From: Octopus vulgaris
Taxonomy: Eukaryota
Assembly (NCBI GenBank): GCA_951406725.2
Contig: OX597816.1
Span: 142,848,001-142,912,000, forward strand
Direction: 5' to 3'
Length of the DNA: 64,000 nt
Under the pieces are notes generated by a model that was given only the letters and a program-made list of their open reading frames with translations, did no database searches and was not told the DNA's origin. Below, one piece after another: positions 51,129 through 64,000 of the stretch. Both the position numbers and the translations under genes were made by a program. Every line of letters starts with the position of its first letter. Positions within the stretch are counted from its first letter, which is position 1.

Positions 51129-53042
51129 AATATATATACATAGATACGACAGGCTTCTTTCAGTTTCCATCTACCAAATCCCCTCACAAGGCTTTGGTCA
51201 GCCCAAGGCTATGGTAGAAGACACATGCTCAAGGTGCCACGCAGTGGAACTGAACCCGGAACCATGTAGTTCGTAAGCAAGCTACTTACCACACAGCCAC
51301 TCCTACGCTTATATATACTAATGATTCATCACAAATATGCACATTCTTGAATTGATATTATGACAGTGCATTTTCCCAACCTTATAATTCACAAAATAAT
51401 ATGAGCCAAATGAATTCTTTGTTCCCCAGAATTCAACTTACAGCTAATGACCTAGATTCAAACTCAGCATCAGGATCAGATGGTCTCCCAACCATACTAC
51501 AAAAAAAAGTGCAAAAACACCCTCGTGAGACCATTACAGATATCATTTCAAAAGTCACTAGATACTGGTTAATTCCCAGAACTATTGAATGACACAATGG
51601 TAACACCTATACACAAAGGAAGGTAGCAGGACTGAAGCTAAAAACTGCAGACCTGTTTCTCTCACGTCTCACACATCTAAAATTATCAAACACGTTGTCT
51701 GAAATAGAATTAGTACATACCTTTTGGAAAACAATCTCATAGATGATATACAGCATGGTTTTTGGACTGAGTGAAGTTGCCTTATGCAACTATTACAGCA
51801 CCATTAGACTATTCTTAATAATCTCTTGAGAAGAAAGGACATTGACTGTATATACCTTGATTTTGTTAAGGCATTCAACAAGACTGATCATGGAATCATC
51901 TGTTATAAGTTAAGGAATCTTGGTATCTGAGGAAAACTCAGAGAATGGCTCTTTGATTTCTTATATGGTAGGAGCCAATCTGTTGCTGGAAATGGTTTCC
52001 CTCTGCAAAGTCACCTGTAATAAGTGGTATGCCTCAGTGAATGGTTCTAGGACTATAATTATTTATCATCAACCTATCACAAGTGCACTCATCCAAAATA
52101 TTGAGTTATGCTGATGATGCAAAAATATCCATGGCTATCCAAACTCTAGAAAATACTGTCACACTCCAAAATGAGCTAAACTTCATTTATCAATTGGATT
52201 CAAACAATATGAAATATAATACATCAAAATTTCAGGTTTTTCGTTACAGAGGGAATACACACAAATCACAATATTTGACACCTGACTTATTCAGAGTGCT
52301 AGTGACATATGGGACTTAAGAGTAGTCATGTCAAGTGATACATCTTTCCTTAGACACATCACCAAACTGACCTCTAAATGCAGACCTCTTATAGGATGGA
52401 TCCTGCACACCTTTGTGACAAGAGAACCAGTAGTAAAGGCTAACTATGTGGAAAACCTGAGTTCTGAGCAGGTTTGATTACTGCTCACAACTATAGTTTC
52501 CTAACTCATTTGGTCTCATAGAAGGAATTGAAGGGTTACAAAGAACATTTACCAGTGAAATACCTTTGGATAAAAGCCTTTACGACTGGGAATATTTGAA
52601 AGCATTGTATGTCTACAATGTTGAATGCTGTAGAGAGAGATATACTATCACATATGTATGGAAAATCTTGTTCCAAACTTCAGCAATAGAGACAATTTTA
52701 ATGCACGAACTGGTAGATACTGTCAGCTTCCAAATATACCACCTTCAAAACACTTTATTGAACTAGTCTGATATTAGGAGGTCCTCAACTGTTGAACTGC
52801 CTCCCTAAAGTAATCAGAAATATAAAAGGAACCTCTACTGAAACATTAAACAGGAAAACATTGGCTTAAATCCTAACAATAATAATGGACTAGTCAATCA
52901 TTGAAGAATGCATTCAGGGGAGATCAGCTACTCCCAACTCGATCACAGACCAACTTCACAGCCATAAAGTGACATCAAAGCTGATAGAAAATAGATCAAA
53001 GTGGTGCTCCACTATGACTGCAGTCCTACGACTGAAACCTCC
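48560..53042 (+). mobile_element. Near-full-length decayed CR1-clade LINE
   Basis: ORF1-like Cys/His finger PKIWCYSQHKSLCIHSDCSFTH (~49050). APE motifs ETHL, AGDFN, TRGNNIPNLVLT, SDHN. RT motifs SGSDG, QHGF, DCIYLDFVKAFNK, YADDAKI. 3' end GTGGTGCTCCACTATGACTGCAGTCCTACGACTGAAAC. 5' boundary approximate. Confidence 0.88.
50849..51310 (-). mobile_element. Young complete family-B SINE (CR1-type tail) inserted in the CR1 LINE
   Basis: Reverse complement of the 56016-56395 structure; the LINE peptide NQNGSY|TND resumes across it. Confidence 0.88.
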
Positions 53043-53909
53043 TAACTACATGGTTCTGGGTTCAGTCCCACTATGTGGCACTTTGGGCAGGTGTTTTCTA
53101 TTATAGCCCCAGGTCAACCAAAGCCTTGTCAGTAAATTTGGTAAGATGGAAATGCAACCTGTCGCACATGCGCATGCGTGTGTGTGTGTGTGTGCATGTT
53201 TATTGGTAATATATGTGATTGCTCTGGCATGGAACAAGAATCAATTATTGTTGCTATGTTTCTGAAAACCAGGATGTCCATGAAGATTTTCTCCTGATTA
53301 CACTTCAGAGACACTAAGTAAGGTTATTCTGGATGGTTTTTGTTGCCAAAACATTGAGCTGGGCTCAAAATTATGCTGCAACATCATCTTGTACACTGTG
53401 CAGTAATGCATCTACATAAAATCTTGTGCAATGAAAAAACTTTGGACGTCCTCTTGGAAAACTTTATCAACGAAATGAGCAAGTATAGAAAAATTTGTGG
53501 GGTTACTTGAAGCATTACTTTTACATATATTATTATACCTGTGTTTGTTTTGATATTAAGATTGAAAAAATAATTGGCCTTGTTTATAAAAAGTTTTGGA
53601 CCTGAATTTGCACCCCCTAAGCTATTTCATTCCCAGGCAACTGTATGTGATAGATGTGCTGGAGCAATATGTACAATGAGCACACTAGAAACAGATTATC
53701 TTAAATGCTCAAATAGCAACCAAGAAATAGTTGATAGCTTTTGTTACTTAGATGTAGTTAGCTCTGCAGGTATAGAAGTAAAGATAAGAACAAATTGGAA
53801 AGAGTTCAGAGAGCTTGTACCACTGCTGACAACAAAGGTCTTTTCTGTCAGGGTGAAAGGTAGACTGCATGGTGCTTGTGTTAGAACTACAGTGCTAGAT
53901 GTGCAATGT

Positions 53910-53950
<41 letters not shown>

Positions 53951-54142
53951 ATATAGCACAAATGTGCTGAGAGAAAAACTGACCATAAGACGAATCAGAT
54001 GTAGTAGTGTGCAAGAAAGATTTGCACAATATATACACACACACATACACATACACACACACATATATATATATATCAATAGATAGATAGATTGATAGAT
54101 ACATATATACATACATATATACATACATACATACATACATAC

Positions 54143-54212
<70 letters not shown>

Positions 54213-54468
54213 ATACTGGAAATGTTTTTTGAACTCTGAATGGATTTTGGAAATCTACTGTTCCAAACAAACTGAAAATATAAATAGAAAAAAATGTGAT
54301 AAAACTGGAACATAGTTGTATTTTCAATACAATATGTTTAAAAAAAAGCTGTTTCTCATAAACACAGGCATATACATATATGTGCACAAATATATCATAG
54401 ACATACATATATGTGTGTGTGTGTGTGTGTGTGTGTATATACACATATATATACATATGCATACATAC

Positions 54469-54559
<91 letters not shown>

Positions 54560-55482
54560 GCCATCTATTTGTTGAAATGGTTTACTTTATGTATATACTG
54601 AGTCACTTGTTAGCATTTAGGTCAGCCTTGAAAAATAAATAGTTACAAGTGTGAGTTTAAATTACAAAAGGTAGGGGTTAGAACAAATCTGTGTTCTTTT
54701 GGGTCAAACACGCACACACTCACAAACACACACACACATGCACAAACACACACACGCATACACACACACACAGACAGAAACTTATGTATTCACAGACACA
54801 CACACATGCACACACATACACACACTCACATGCACATGCAATCACTTATCCACTCACAAACACACACACACACACACATACACACACTCACATGCACACA
54901 CAGACAGTCACTTATCTACTCACAAACACACACACATACACATACACATACACTTACTCACATGCACACACAGTCATTTATCCAGTCACAGAATCACATT
55001 CAGGTTCATGTACATACACACAGTATCATGCCCATGTATATACACATATATACACAAATATGCACACATGCATATGTTTTCCATGCAAGTGTTGTGTTTT
55101 TGGTGCAAATATTTTGCAAAAAATATCAATTAATTGAGAATGAGTAATTTTTTGCATATTGTATTGCTGCACATTATCCCTTAGCTTGTTGATTTTCATG
55201 TTTTTAATCAGTCAGTGTATGTACGTGTTTGTGAGTATAAATAAATAAGTATATATATAATGATGGATGACGATGATGATATATATATGCAGGCATGGCT
55301 ATGTAGTGAAGAAGCTTTCTTCCCAACCGCATGGTTTCAGGTTCAGTCCCACTGCATGACACCTAGGGTAAGTGTCTTGTACCATAACCCCTGGCCAACC
55401 AAAGCCTTACAAGTGAATTTAGTAGACAAAAAACTAAATTTAAATAATTAAAAACAGATGAGAACATATGTATGTATGTATG

Positions 55483-55516
<34 letters not shown>

Positions 55517-55618
55517 TGTATGTATGTATGTATGTATGAATGCATGCATGTATGTATGTATGAGTGCATGTATGTATGCATGTATGTATGTATGATTGTA
55601 TGTATGTATGTATGTATG

Positions 55619-55652
<34 letters not shown>

Positions 55653-56015
55653 TGTATGTATGTATGTATGTGTGTGTATGCATGTATATGTATTCTGCAT
55701 AAAGAATGTACGTGTGCTGCATGAGATGCTAGTGTAGTGAATGGGGAAAGCTTGGTCTGCAATGTTTGCAGTCATGTATGCTTGTCATTAGCCACCAACG
55801 GAGCCTCAAATACAAAATATAAGTTAGTCCTAGAGCACACAATGTTCCTAAAGGTCAGCAATGGTTTAGCTCGGTCACAAGTGGACAGCCATCATCATCA
55901 TCATCATCACCATGTGTAGTCATACCAATGTATTTATTTTCACTGTCAACTTTGGCACCTTGATTAAAGCTTAATGTTTTCAGCAACTTGAAATTAAAAT
56001 TTCACTAACAATAAG

Positions 56016-56395
56016 CATAGGAGTGGCTGTGTGGTAAGTAGCTTGCTTACAAACCACATGGTTCCGGGTTCAGTCCCACTGCGTGGCACCTTGGGCAAAT
56101 GTTTTGTACTATAGCCTCGGGCCGACCAAAGCCTCATGAGCAGATTTGGTAGACGGAAACTGAAAGAAGCCTGTTGTATATGTGTATATATGTTTGTGTG
56201 TCTGTGTTTGTCACCCCAACATTACTTGACAACCGATGCTGGTGTGTTTACATCCCCGTAACTTAGTGGTTTGGCAAAAGAGACCGATAGAATAAGTACT
56301 AGGCTTACAAAGAATAAGTCCTGGGGTCGATTTGCTTGACTAAAGGTGGTGCTCCAGCATGGCCACAGTCAAATGACTGAAACAAGTAAAAGAAT
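56016..56395 (+). mobile_element. Complete family-B tRNA-derived SINE
   Basis: A box TGGCTGTGTGG, B box GGTTCAGTCCC, CORE-like CACCTTGGGCAA, GT hinge, tail GGTGGTGCTCCAGCATGGCCACAGTCAAATGACTGAAACAAGTAAAAG. Head-only copies at ~760-875(-), ~47090, 53045-53165(-), 55290-55430, 57630-57780. Confidence 0.88.
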
Positions 56396-56999
56396 AAATT
56401 TCAACATTCTTTAGAGGTTCATCAATTATTGTTCCACATTCTGTTGAAAGAAAATAGAACATCTATGAAAAATTTAAACAAAATTGTGAGTGGCACAACT
56501 ATATTTTGATAATAGTGCAAGGTTGAAAGTTGAGTACCATTACAAGATTATCTGATCGCTGAAGCTGTGAGTATATCAACATTCTTTCATAAGAAATGGA
56601 AATAGTATATTAAAGTTGATATTACTGCAACTGTTAATGCTATTGTTGTTGTTGTTGTTATTGCTGTTGTTAATATTGTTTCCAGCTGCGACTTGTCATT
56701 CTGTATATTCAGTATTACATAAATCAATGTGCCCCTTTTTTTCTTTAAGATGATGAAGTATGGTCTGAATGAGATTTGCTTATAATTTCCAGCAGGCTGA
56801 GCAAATACATGTAGACTCTCTTGTCGATTCATTGTTGCTGTTTTTATTATTAAGATTCATGTTGTTGTTCATTACTTCCTGTTGCAAAAAGAGCCCAACA
56901 AGGACCTCCAAATTAACTGACAGAACCAGGTCACTGACATATTGATCTAACCAATTCACAGTTCTTGTCAAATGTTACATGAAAGCATTTTAAGGATTT

Positions 57000-57570
57000 C
57001 ATTTGAATTCTCTGTCTGATTCAGCTTTCTCCATCCATCTAGTCAATGGTTTATTGTTGGCTTCATTTTGTTGAAACAGTTAATAACCTAACATGACACC
57101 AGACAGATGAACAAGCATTGAGAGAGGATACGTATAGCGATGAGAAATTGAATTTGTAAAGCATAAAAAGTGTCTTCTATTTAGCAGATATACAGCAAAA
57201 CATGCACTTATCTATGTAAGATTTGTTTCTTAATCCTTCACTAAATAACTAAGCCATTGATCTCCATTCCTTTAGTTACATCATTATTATAATTCTAAAA
57301 AATCTATCAGCTGTCTCTAGTTACCTTGGCAACAACAGTTTCATGACCATCTAAACCGGTTATCAAAACTTGATTCCCATTTGAATAATTTGTTGCTACT
57401 TGAAGTAAAATAATAGGGAGGATAGCAGAAGGTTTTTGCACTTGGTTACTACAAAGTTGTTGACAGCCATGTAGCAGTTTCCAAGTAGTTTATTGTAACA
57501 GTTTAATGTAGCCGCTTCAGTTCAATCATTAGCGATTTTCCTTCTACCTGTCTGGTCAGATGAGATTAAA
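57000..57570 (-). pseudogene. Possible very decayed hAT transposase fragment
   Basis: NCYNKLLGNCYMAVNNFV...ATNYSNGNQVLI weakly resembles NEL..DEATDxSNxEQ. Confidence 0.3.
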
Positions 57571-57807
57571 TAACTACTGCTCCTAGATCAATTACCAAAC
57601 AGAAAAGTATGTTTTGTTATATGGAGATAAAGGCACAGCCAAAGATTAAGGGGTTTGCTTTGAAACTACATAGTTTCAAAGTTTGAGCCCACAGCATGGC
57701 AACTTGGGCAAGTTATCCTCTGTACCCTTGTGTGATCCAATATCTTTAAGTGGAATAGACTGAAACTGTAGACAAATGCTTGTCTCATGTGCATGCAATC
57801 TATGTGT

Positions 57808-57879
<72 letters not shown>

Positions 57880-58117
57880 ATGTGTGTGCATGTGTATGTA
57901 TCATCATTATCATTAGCCATCCTCTTTTTCTCAACACACTAGATTTGGAATTTGTTGAGGCAGCAGATTTACTATGGCCAGATGTCCTTCCTGTCATCTT
58001 TACCTGTTTCCAAGCAAGATAATATTTTCCCCATAGCAGATAATGTTTTTCATGGAAGACCAAAAATAAACAGCTTCACCTTTATGATGATGATACCCAC
58101 TTATAACCACTAATTGT

Positions 58118-58551
<434 letters not shown>

Positions 58552-58924
58552 CTTCCTTCCTTCCTCTTGCCAGTCTTGGAAACCCTAACAAAGGTCATGG
58601 AGGCTGCTTTTCCTCCTCCAAGTCATTAAGAAATATGAAATGATATATTCAGTATGTGCTACTAACACATTTCTGCACTACATCAATCTACTTCCCATTT
58701 CCTGCACTATTTATAGTTATTGTTATTTAATTGTATGAAATTCAAATCAAAATAGTATCTACACAGTTGCTTAATCTGTCAGAAACAGCAGCAAAATCTT
58801 TCACAAATCATGGCCTAACATGTTTGAAAAGGAAGGACATATTTGGTAAAATAGTTGTAGATATACTATCTGCCATCAGTTGTTGTGACTATGACTGTTT
58901 ATGGTTTTGGCATGACTTATATAA

Positions 58925-58968
<44 letters not shown>

Positions 58969-59418
58969 AATTATTGTATACAGTGCTCAGGTGCACCACA
59001 ACTTGTCAAAAGTGCGTATAAAGCATATGCAGTAAGGTACAAATGTCTGGAAAGTGAACAGTGTATGAGTCAGATACATGCTTACGTGTGTATGGAGGGG
59101 AGAAAATCAGGTGTAGTGTTGGCGAATCTCAGGAAGCATGGAAGTTTTGAAGGATGCAGTGCTCCGACAACTAACAACTGATGCCAGCAGTTTGTTCCAT
59201 GTTTCAGCAACTCTTAGTGTGATAAAATGTTTCCAAAAGTCATTGGAGTTGTGCTGTTTTCTGACTTTGTAAACATGTCCACGAGTGTTAGACAGGTGGA
59301 GTTTGAAAAGGTGCTCAGAGTTATTGTTTATAAGATGGTTAATAATTTTATGGGTGTCTGCCAGGTCAGCTGCCAGACATCAGAGTTTCAATGTATCCAT
59401 GCCCAGGGAAGTAAAGCA
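58925..59418 (-). mobile_element. 5'-truncated CR1-clade LINE 3' end (second family) with (TTA)n tail
   Basis: Minus: AADLADTHKIINH...SNTRGHVYKVRK...FITLRVAETWNKLLASVV..STASFK, the CR1 TRGH..RV..WN.LP..FK terminal motif. (AAT)n at 58925-58966. Confidence 0.85.
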
Positions 59419-60231
59419 TTAAAGAAAAACAAATGGAATGTTCCCCACAAATCTTCCATCCTCTTCTTACAATTCATTTGCCTTTACTGCCTTTATAACC
59501 AGAAAGTCTCACCTGATCACTTTCCAATTTGTACATCTTGGTTACCCCACACAATTGTCTATAATACTCACCTCTGAGCCCAAAACGTTGATCCCATCTC
59601 TGCCACCCTCCCCCAGCATCTACCCAACCATGCAAGACAGTTTTTGCTTTCCCACACTTTCTGCTTCAATACCTTTCTTCATTAACGGTTCATCCAGTGA
59701 ACTTTGCATTTCCTTCATTTAGACCCCATATTCTGTAAAAATTCTCTCCCTTCCTTCAAATAACTCCCTAATTTGCATGACCTTTTAGTCCATTGCTCTT
59801 CAACACACCTGACACTCAACTTAGATTTTTTTTTTCTTTACCCTGAACCAACTCTAATTCATACCCTTACACCCACAACATTACTATCTTCCTTAGATCA
59901 TCATCAATAATAATTTCACAAGAAATGTGATTTACTGTCAGTTCTGTAGTCTCTCATGCATTGGAGAATCCTGGAAGCAGATCAATGGGTCACCAAACAA
60001 CACTTCAACTATGCCTGTCACTTTTCTATTAAACTTACCCACCCACGGTATTTTCTGTTTCTGGGTTTGTGATGCTATTTTACACCCTGTTTTCTCCACT
60101 TCTTGCTATCATAAAGGACAGTACCTCATTTTCTACCTCAGATGCTTCTATATTATGGATATAAACAGTGTGGTCACATTCACAGAACAACACCCCTCCA
60201 CTGAAATCTACCCATCTATATTGCACCCATG

Positions 60232-60485
60232 TGGAGGCACGTGGCTTTATGGTTAGGATGTCAGCATCATGATCGTAAGATTGTGGTTTCAATTCCTGGA
60301 CCAGGCGACGCATTGTGTTCTTGAGCAAAACACTTCATTTCATGTTGCTCCAGTCCACTCAGCTGGCAAAAATGAGTAACGCTGTGATGGACTGGCGTCC
60401 TATCCAGCTGGGGAATACATACACTATGGAAACCGGGCCCATGAGCCTGGCTAGGCTTTAAAAGGGCACATTTATTTTTTATTTT
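60232..60485 (+). mobile_element. Complete family-E SINE: tRNA head, CORE-like and V-like domains
   Basis: GGCACGTGGCTTTATGG A box, GGTTTCAATTCC B box, TGTGTTCTTGAGCAAAACACTT..AAAATGAGTA, then CTGTGATGGACTGGCGTCCTATCCAG. A similar 3' part lies at ~16585-16690. Confidence 0.75.
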
Positions 60486-62114
60486 ATATTGCACTCCACC
60501 ATAACACACACACACACACACGCGTATATGTAATACCTACAGGCACACATCACATGATTATCTTTTCCTTTGTCCTTTACATACTACACAATCACCACAT
60601 AAACATTGACTACATGTTAGTACACTTCACTTGCATTCAGTTCATATACACACCATCAACATAGTCCCTACATATCACACACAGACACACACACACACAC
60701 ACATGCATGCACACACACACAAATACATGCAGAGGTTGATGCCCCTACTGATGGACAGACTTGATTGCATAGGCAATTAGACAAATATATGGGATTTATT
60801 GATATACTTATTGATTGATAGTCTGATAGTGATAATTATACAGCAAATCTGATACGCACATAGATGGGTTGTCACCTTAGCAAACTAACATATAAACTGA
60901 CCAAAAGATATACTGACACACACATGCATACACACACTCACACATACTCACACCACACCTCACACACACATATACGCAATTTAATACATTCTTAGCTGAA
61001 TGTATTAGATTGCACGAGAATAACTGATATATATATACAAAGATGCAGGAACTAAGTATTAACAAAACATTTTCGTTGCTATTTAAGAACTACACAGGTG
61101 GTAACATTACACAATTATCTATCTTATATACATACACCCACTGATAATTATACATTCCTCCATATCTGTCATGCCTTCTCTTTCCTTGTCTCTTTCGTCT
61201 CCTTTTTCTCTGGCTCTCTCCCACTTTCTTTTCCTCTCTCTTTCTCACTCTCCCTCACTCTCCCTCCTCCTCCTCCTCCTCCTCCTCTCTCTCTCTCTCT
61301 CTCTCTCTCTACTTATTCTTACTATAAATCCTGTTATCTAACTGTCACATTTCCTTGTTACACCAAGCCTGCAATGTATGTAGGTGTTGTAAATTATTTT
61401 TTAGCCTAGAGAGAGACTTCGTAATATTTAAATGTATTTCAGTTCTAATTTATACTGTGTTGTACAAATGTGTATGTGTACATCATCACCATCAACATTT
61501 TTAGGACCACTTTCAATGCTAGCATAGTTAGACACATCGTCACATTCCAAGTTAGTTCTTATTCAGAGATTCTGCTTTCTTAAATATATAAAATTAACCT
61601 AGTAAAGTCTTCAGTTAATTAACATTCTGCAATGTAATTTTCCTTTTCATTCCATCAGTTATAACTTCTCAAACTGTGATATCAAAGGATCTCATATTTA
61701 ATACAAATTCATTTTATTGGAATTTCAAGAATGAGAATTGTAACTCATTTAGTTTTTGTTTTTCAATATATATTTGAAACTGAGAAAACATGTTATCATC
61801 AATCAAAATATTTGAATTAAAAAAATGTAAAAAACTGACATGAGGAATTTAAACTTAATTATGATTTTAAAATTCAAGAAAAAGAAAGCTGTAATTTAAA
61901 TTTGAAATGATAAAAAATATAGAGGTGAGAATACCGAAATAAATTTAAATTCAAGTCCAGATATCAGTTACCACTTCACTTACCATTCAATTACCATTCT
62001 ATACCCTTACAACTTCAGTTTGTAAAACCTCACTGTTTTATTATTTACTTCAAACTGAAAAATGAGAAAAGCATTGTTTTTTAACAAGGTATAAAATCCC
62101 AATTGAAAATTCCT

Positions 62115-62800
62115 AGCATGGCTTTGGGCTTAAGAAGCTTGCTTCTCCAACCATTTGGCTTCAGGTTCAGTCCCGTCATGCAGCACCTTAGGTAAGTGTC
62201 TTCTGTTATAGCCTTTGGTTAACCAAATCCTTGTGAATGTATTTGGTAGGTGGAAAATGAAAGAAGCCCATTGTGTATATATGTATATATGTGTGTATCT
62301 TAGTGTTGTTGTATCTATCTCCTACCATAACTTGACAATTTGTGTTAGTTTGCTTTCCTAACTTAGTGGTTCAGCAAAAAAGATCAATAGATCTTGGTAG
62401 ATGGAAACTGAAAGAAGCCCATTGTGTATATATCTACATGTGTTTATCTTAGTGTTGTTATATCTTTCTCTTATCATAACTTGACAACTTGTGTTAGTTT
62501 GCTTTCGTAACTTAGTGGTTCATCAAAAAAGATCAATAGATCTTGATAGATGGAAACTGAAAGAAGCCCATTGTGTATATATCTACATATGTGTATCTTA
62601 GTGTTGTTATATCTATCTTCTACCATAACTTGACAACTTGTGTTGGTTTGCTTTTGTAACTTAGTGGTTCAGCAAAAAAGATCAATAGAATAAGTAACTA
62701 GACTTCCCAAAATATGCCCTGAGGACAATGTATTTGACTAAACCCTTCAGGACAGTGCCCAGTATGGCTGCAGTTCAATAACTGAAAGAAATATAAGATA
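62115..62800 (+). mobile_element. Family-B SINE with an internal triplication of a ~150-bp unit
   Basis: Units start at TTG(G/A)TAG 62243, 62394, 62543 and end AAAAAAGATCAATAGA; one head and one tail. Confidence 0.85.
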
Positions 62801-63742
62801 TCATTCTTAGTATTGAATAAAATTTTCTTTCAGCTTAAAAATGAGATAACTAGTAGATTGCTGAATCCCTTACATTACTGGGATATAGAGTCTCCATTGA
62901 GGACTTGATATGTTTAGAGCATGTAGGTATGATGAAGCCCTTTTTCATTTATTCTGTTACTATCCAGTCAACCTTATTCAAGTAAACTTTTGATTAAGAG
63001 AACCCCTATCTCTTTATGATAATCACAACTATGTTATCTATTAGATAATGTTCTTCTCTTTTATTAGCTAGCAGACTGTGAGTTTTGAGGAAATATTGGT
63101 TGCTATTTTTAGTAAATTGTACAACTTCACAGAGGCACCCTTAGTTCTACAGTTTAGTTATACAAGTTGTTGGAATGCCAGTAAATGTTTTGCTCACAAA
63201 AGTAGACAATACTACCCTGTGGTATGTGTGTGTGTGTATCATCATCATCATCTTTTAATGTCTGGCATGGATTGGACAGTTTAACAAGACACAATGACCC
63301 CAAGGACTGCATCATACTCCAATGTCTGTAATGCCAACTACTTCATAGCATGTACTGGGGGCTTTATTTTTGAGCCACCAGCACTAGTTGGGTTGTCGTG
63401 CAGCTTTCATGACTACAAACCACAAGCAGGGAGGGAAGCTTTATGCTAGAAGAATGAGAGGTAGAGAGAGGTAAAATATGAGAGAAGGGCCAGAGGAAAA
63501 CAAGTTTCTTGCTGAAGAGGAACAGCATGACTAATCACATTTTAGAAGTGAGGATGGAGGGGTAGAACTGGAAATTAAAGTGTCTTTTGAAAGAACACAG
63601 CACAGCAAGATAGAACACAAAACAACTAATATCATTAATGTAGTACAAATTATTTATCTTTTTGACTGTGGGTTTAACAGTTTATTATTTCAATTATTTC
63701 ATTTTTGTATTTGTTTACAAGATTCTTGATGTGAATTAATGT

Positions 63743-63985
63743 ACATTATTTACATTGTTTACATTATTTACATTTGACGGATATTTGTCCTCATCTTGTT
63801 TGGTGTTAACACAACGTTTCAGCTGATGTACCCTCCAGCCTTCATCAGGTGTCTTGGGGAAATTTTGAACCTGGGATCTCATTCCTGAGGTATTTTTCGA
63901 TGTTGTTATTATTATTACTATTATTCAGGTCACTACCTGGAATCGAACTTGAAATCTTGGTGTTAGTAGCCAGCGCTCTTAACCA
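63743..63985 (-). mobile_element. tRNA-head SINE-like element carrying a minimal hammerhead and a short tandem tail
   Basis: Minus: TGGTTAAGAGCGCTGGCTACTAACACCAAGATTTCAAGTTCGATTCCAGG (B box 63939-63948), (AAT)n linker, hammerhead, tail (AAAYAATGT)x3. Confidence 0.75.
63808..63853 (-). ncRNA. Minimal type-I hammerhead ribozyme (Penelope-type) with intact core
   Basis: GACAC-CUGAUGA-A-GGCUG GAGGGUACAU CAGCU-GAAA-CG-UU^GUGUU: 5-bp stem I, 5-bp stem II, palindromic ACGU in place of stem III; predicted cut between 63813 and 63812. Confidence 0.82.
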
Positions 63986-64000
63986 GTGGTTGGGTTGTCT

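Larger units (their letters stand above)
48285..53643 (+). mobile_element. hAT-type element carrying a nested LINE and SINEs
   Basis: 8-bp TSD-like TATGTGAC (48277-84) / TATGTGAT (53644-51). Imperfect TIRs TAAGAGCTTGGGAA vs revcomp CAGTTGCCTGGGAA, both followed by GGGGGTGCA. hAT C-terminal-like MLQHHLVHCAVMHLHK..LDVLLENFINE at ~53370-53480. Confidence 0.65.
47740..54030 (+). pseudogene. RTE RT relic split by a 5.36-kb hAT insertion
   Basis: Left: SEEFSMKVGIHQG*VLSSLLFII...HKRCSGITNRLTVTVSFICD. Right: CDRCAGAI...EIVDSFCYLD...GRLHGACVRTTVL. Confidence 0.8.

Noticed and set aside
56016-56090. Functional tRNA gene (also at 60232 and 63930-63985)
   Set aside because: A/B boxes are present but no complete cloverleaf or acceptor stem; each continues into a SINE body.
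62243-62689. CRISPR-like or ncRNA array
   Set aside because: The whole 150-bp unit is repeated and maps to the SINE interior.

Overview
AT-rich, microsatellite-dense eukaryotic DNA with no recognisable host exon. Almost all listed ORFs are microsatellite or decayed-transposon translations. The repeat inventory resembles an octopus (coleoid cephalopod) intron or intergenic region; this is an inference from family recognition, not a database result. DNA-element relics: a full-length decayed mariner nested in a Chapaev3-like transposase, two copies of one Tc1 family, two non-autonomous Helitrons and hAT fragments. Retroelement relics: Gypsy pol; CR1, RTE, R4/Dong-like and CRE-like LINEs; and several tRNA-derived SINE families. 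Most notable signal: at least six loci carry Penelope-type minimal hammerhead ribozyme motifs, complete or partial. Three sit inside palindromes (9701-9955, 19115-19271, 40391-40669). One (63808-63853, minus) lies downstream of a tRNA-like Pol III head, a candidate hammerhead-bearing SINE that may be mobilised by Penelope-like elements (PLEs). Also seen: one SINE head with two alternative LINE-derived tails (both donor LINE ends are in the window), a four-level nested insertion, and an exact 149-bp inverted duplication.
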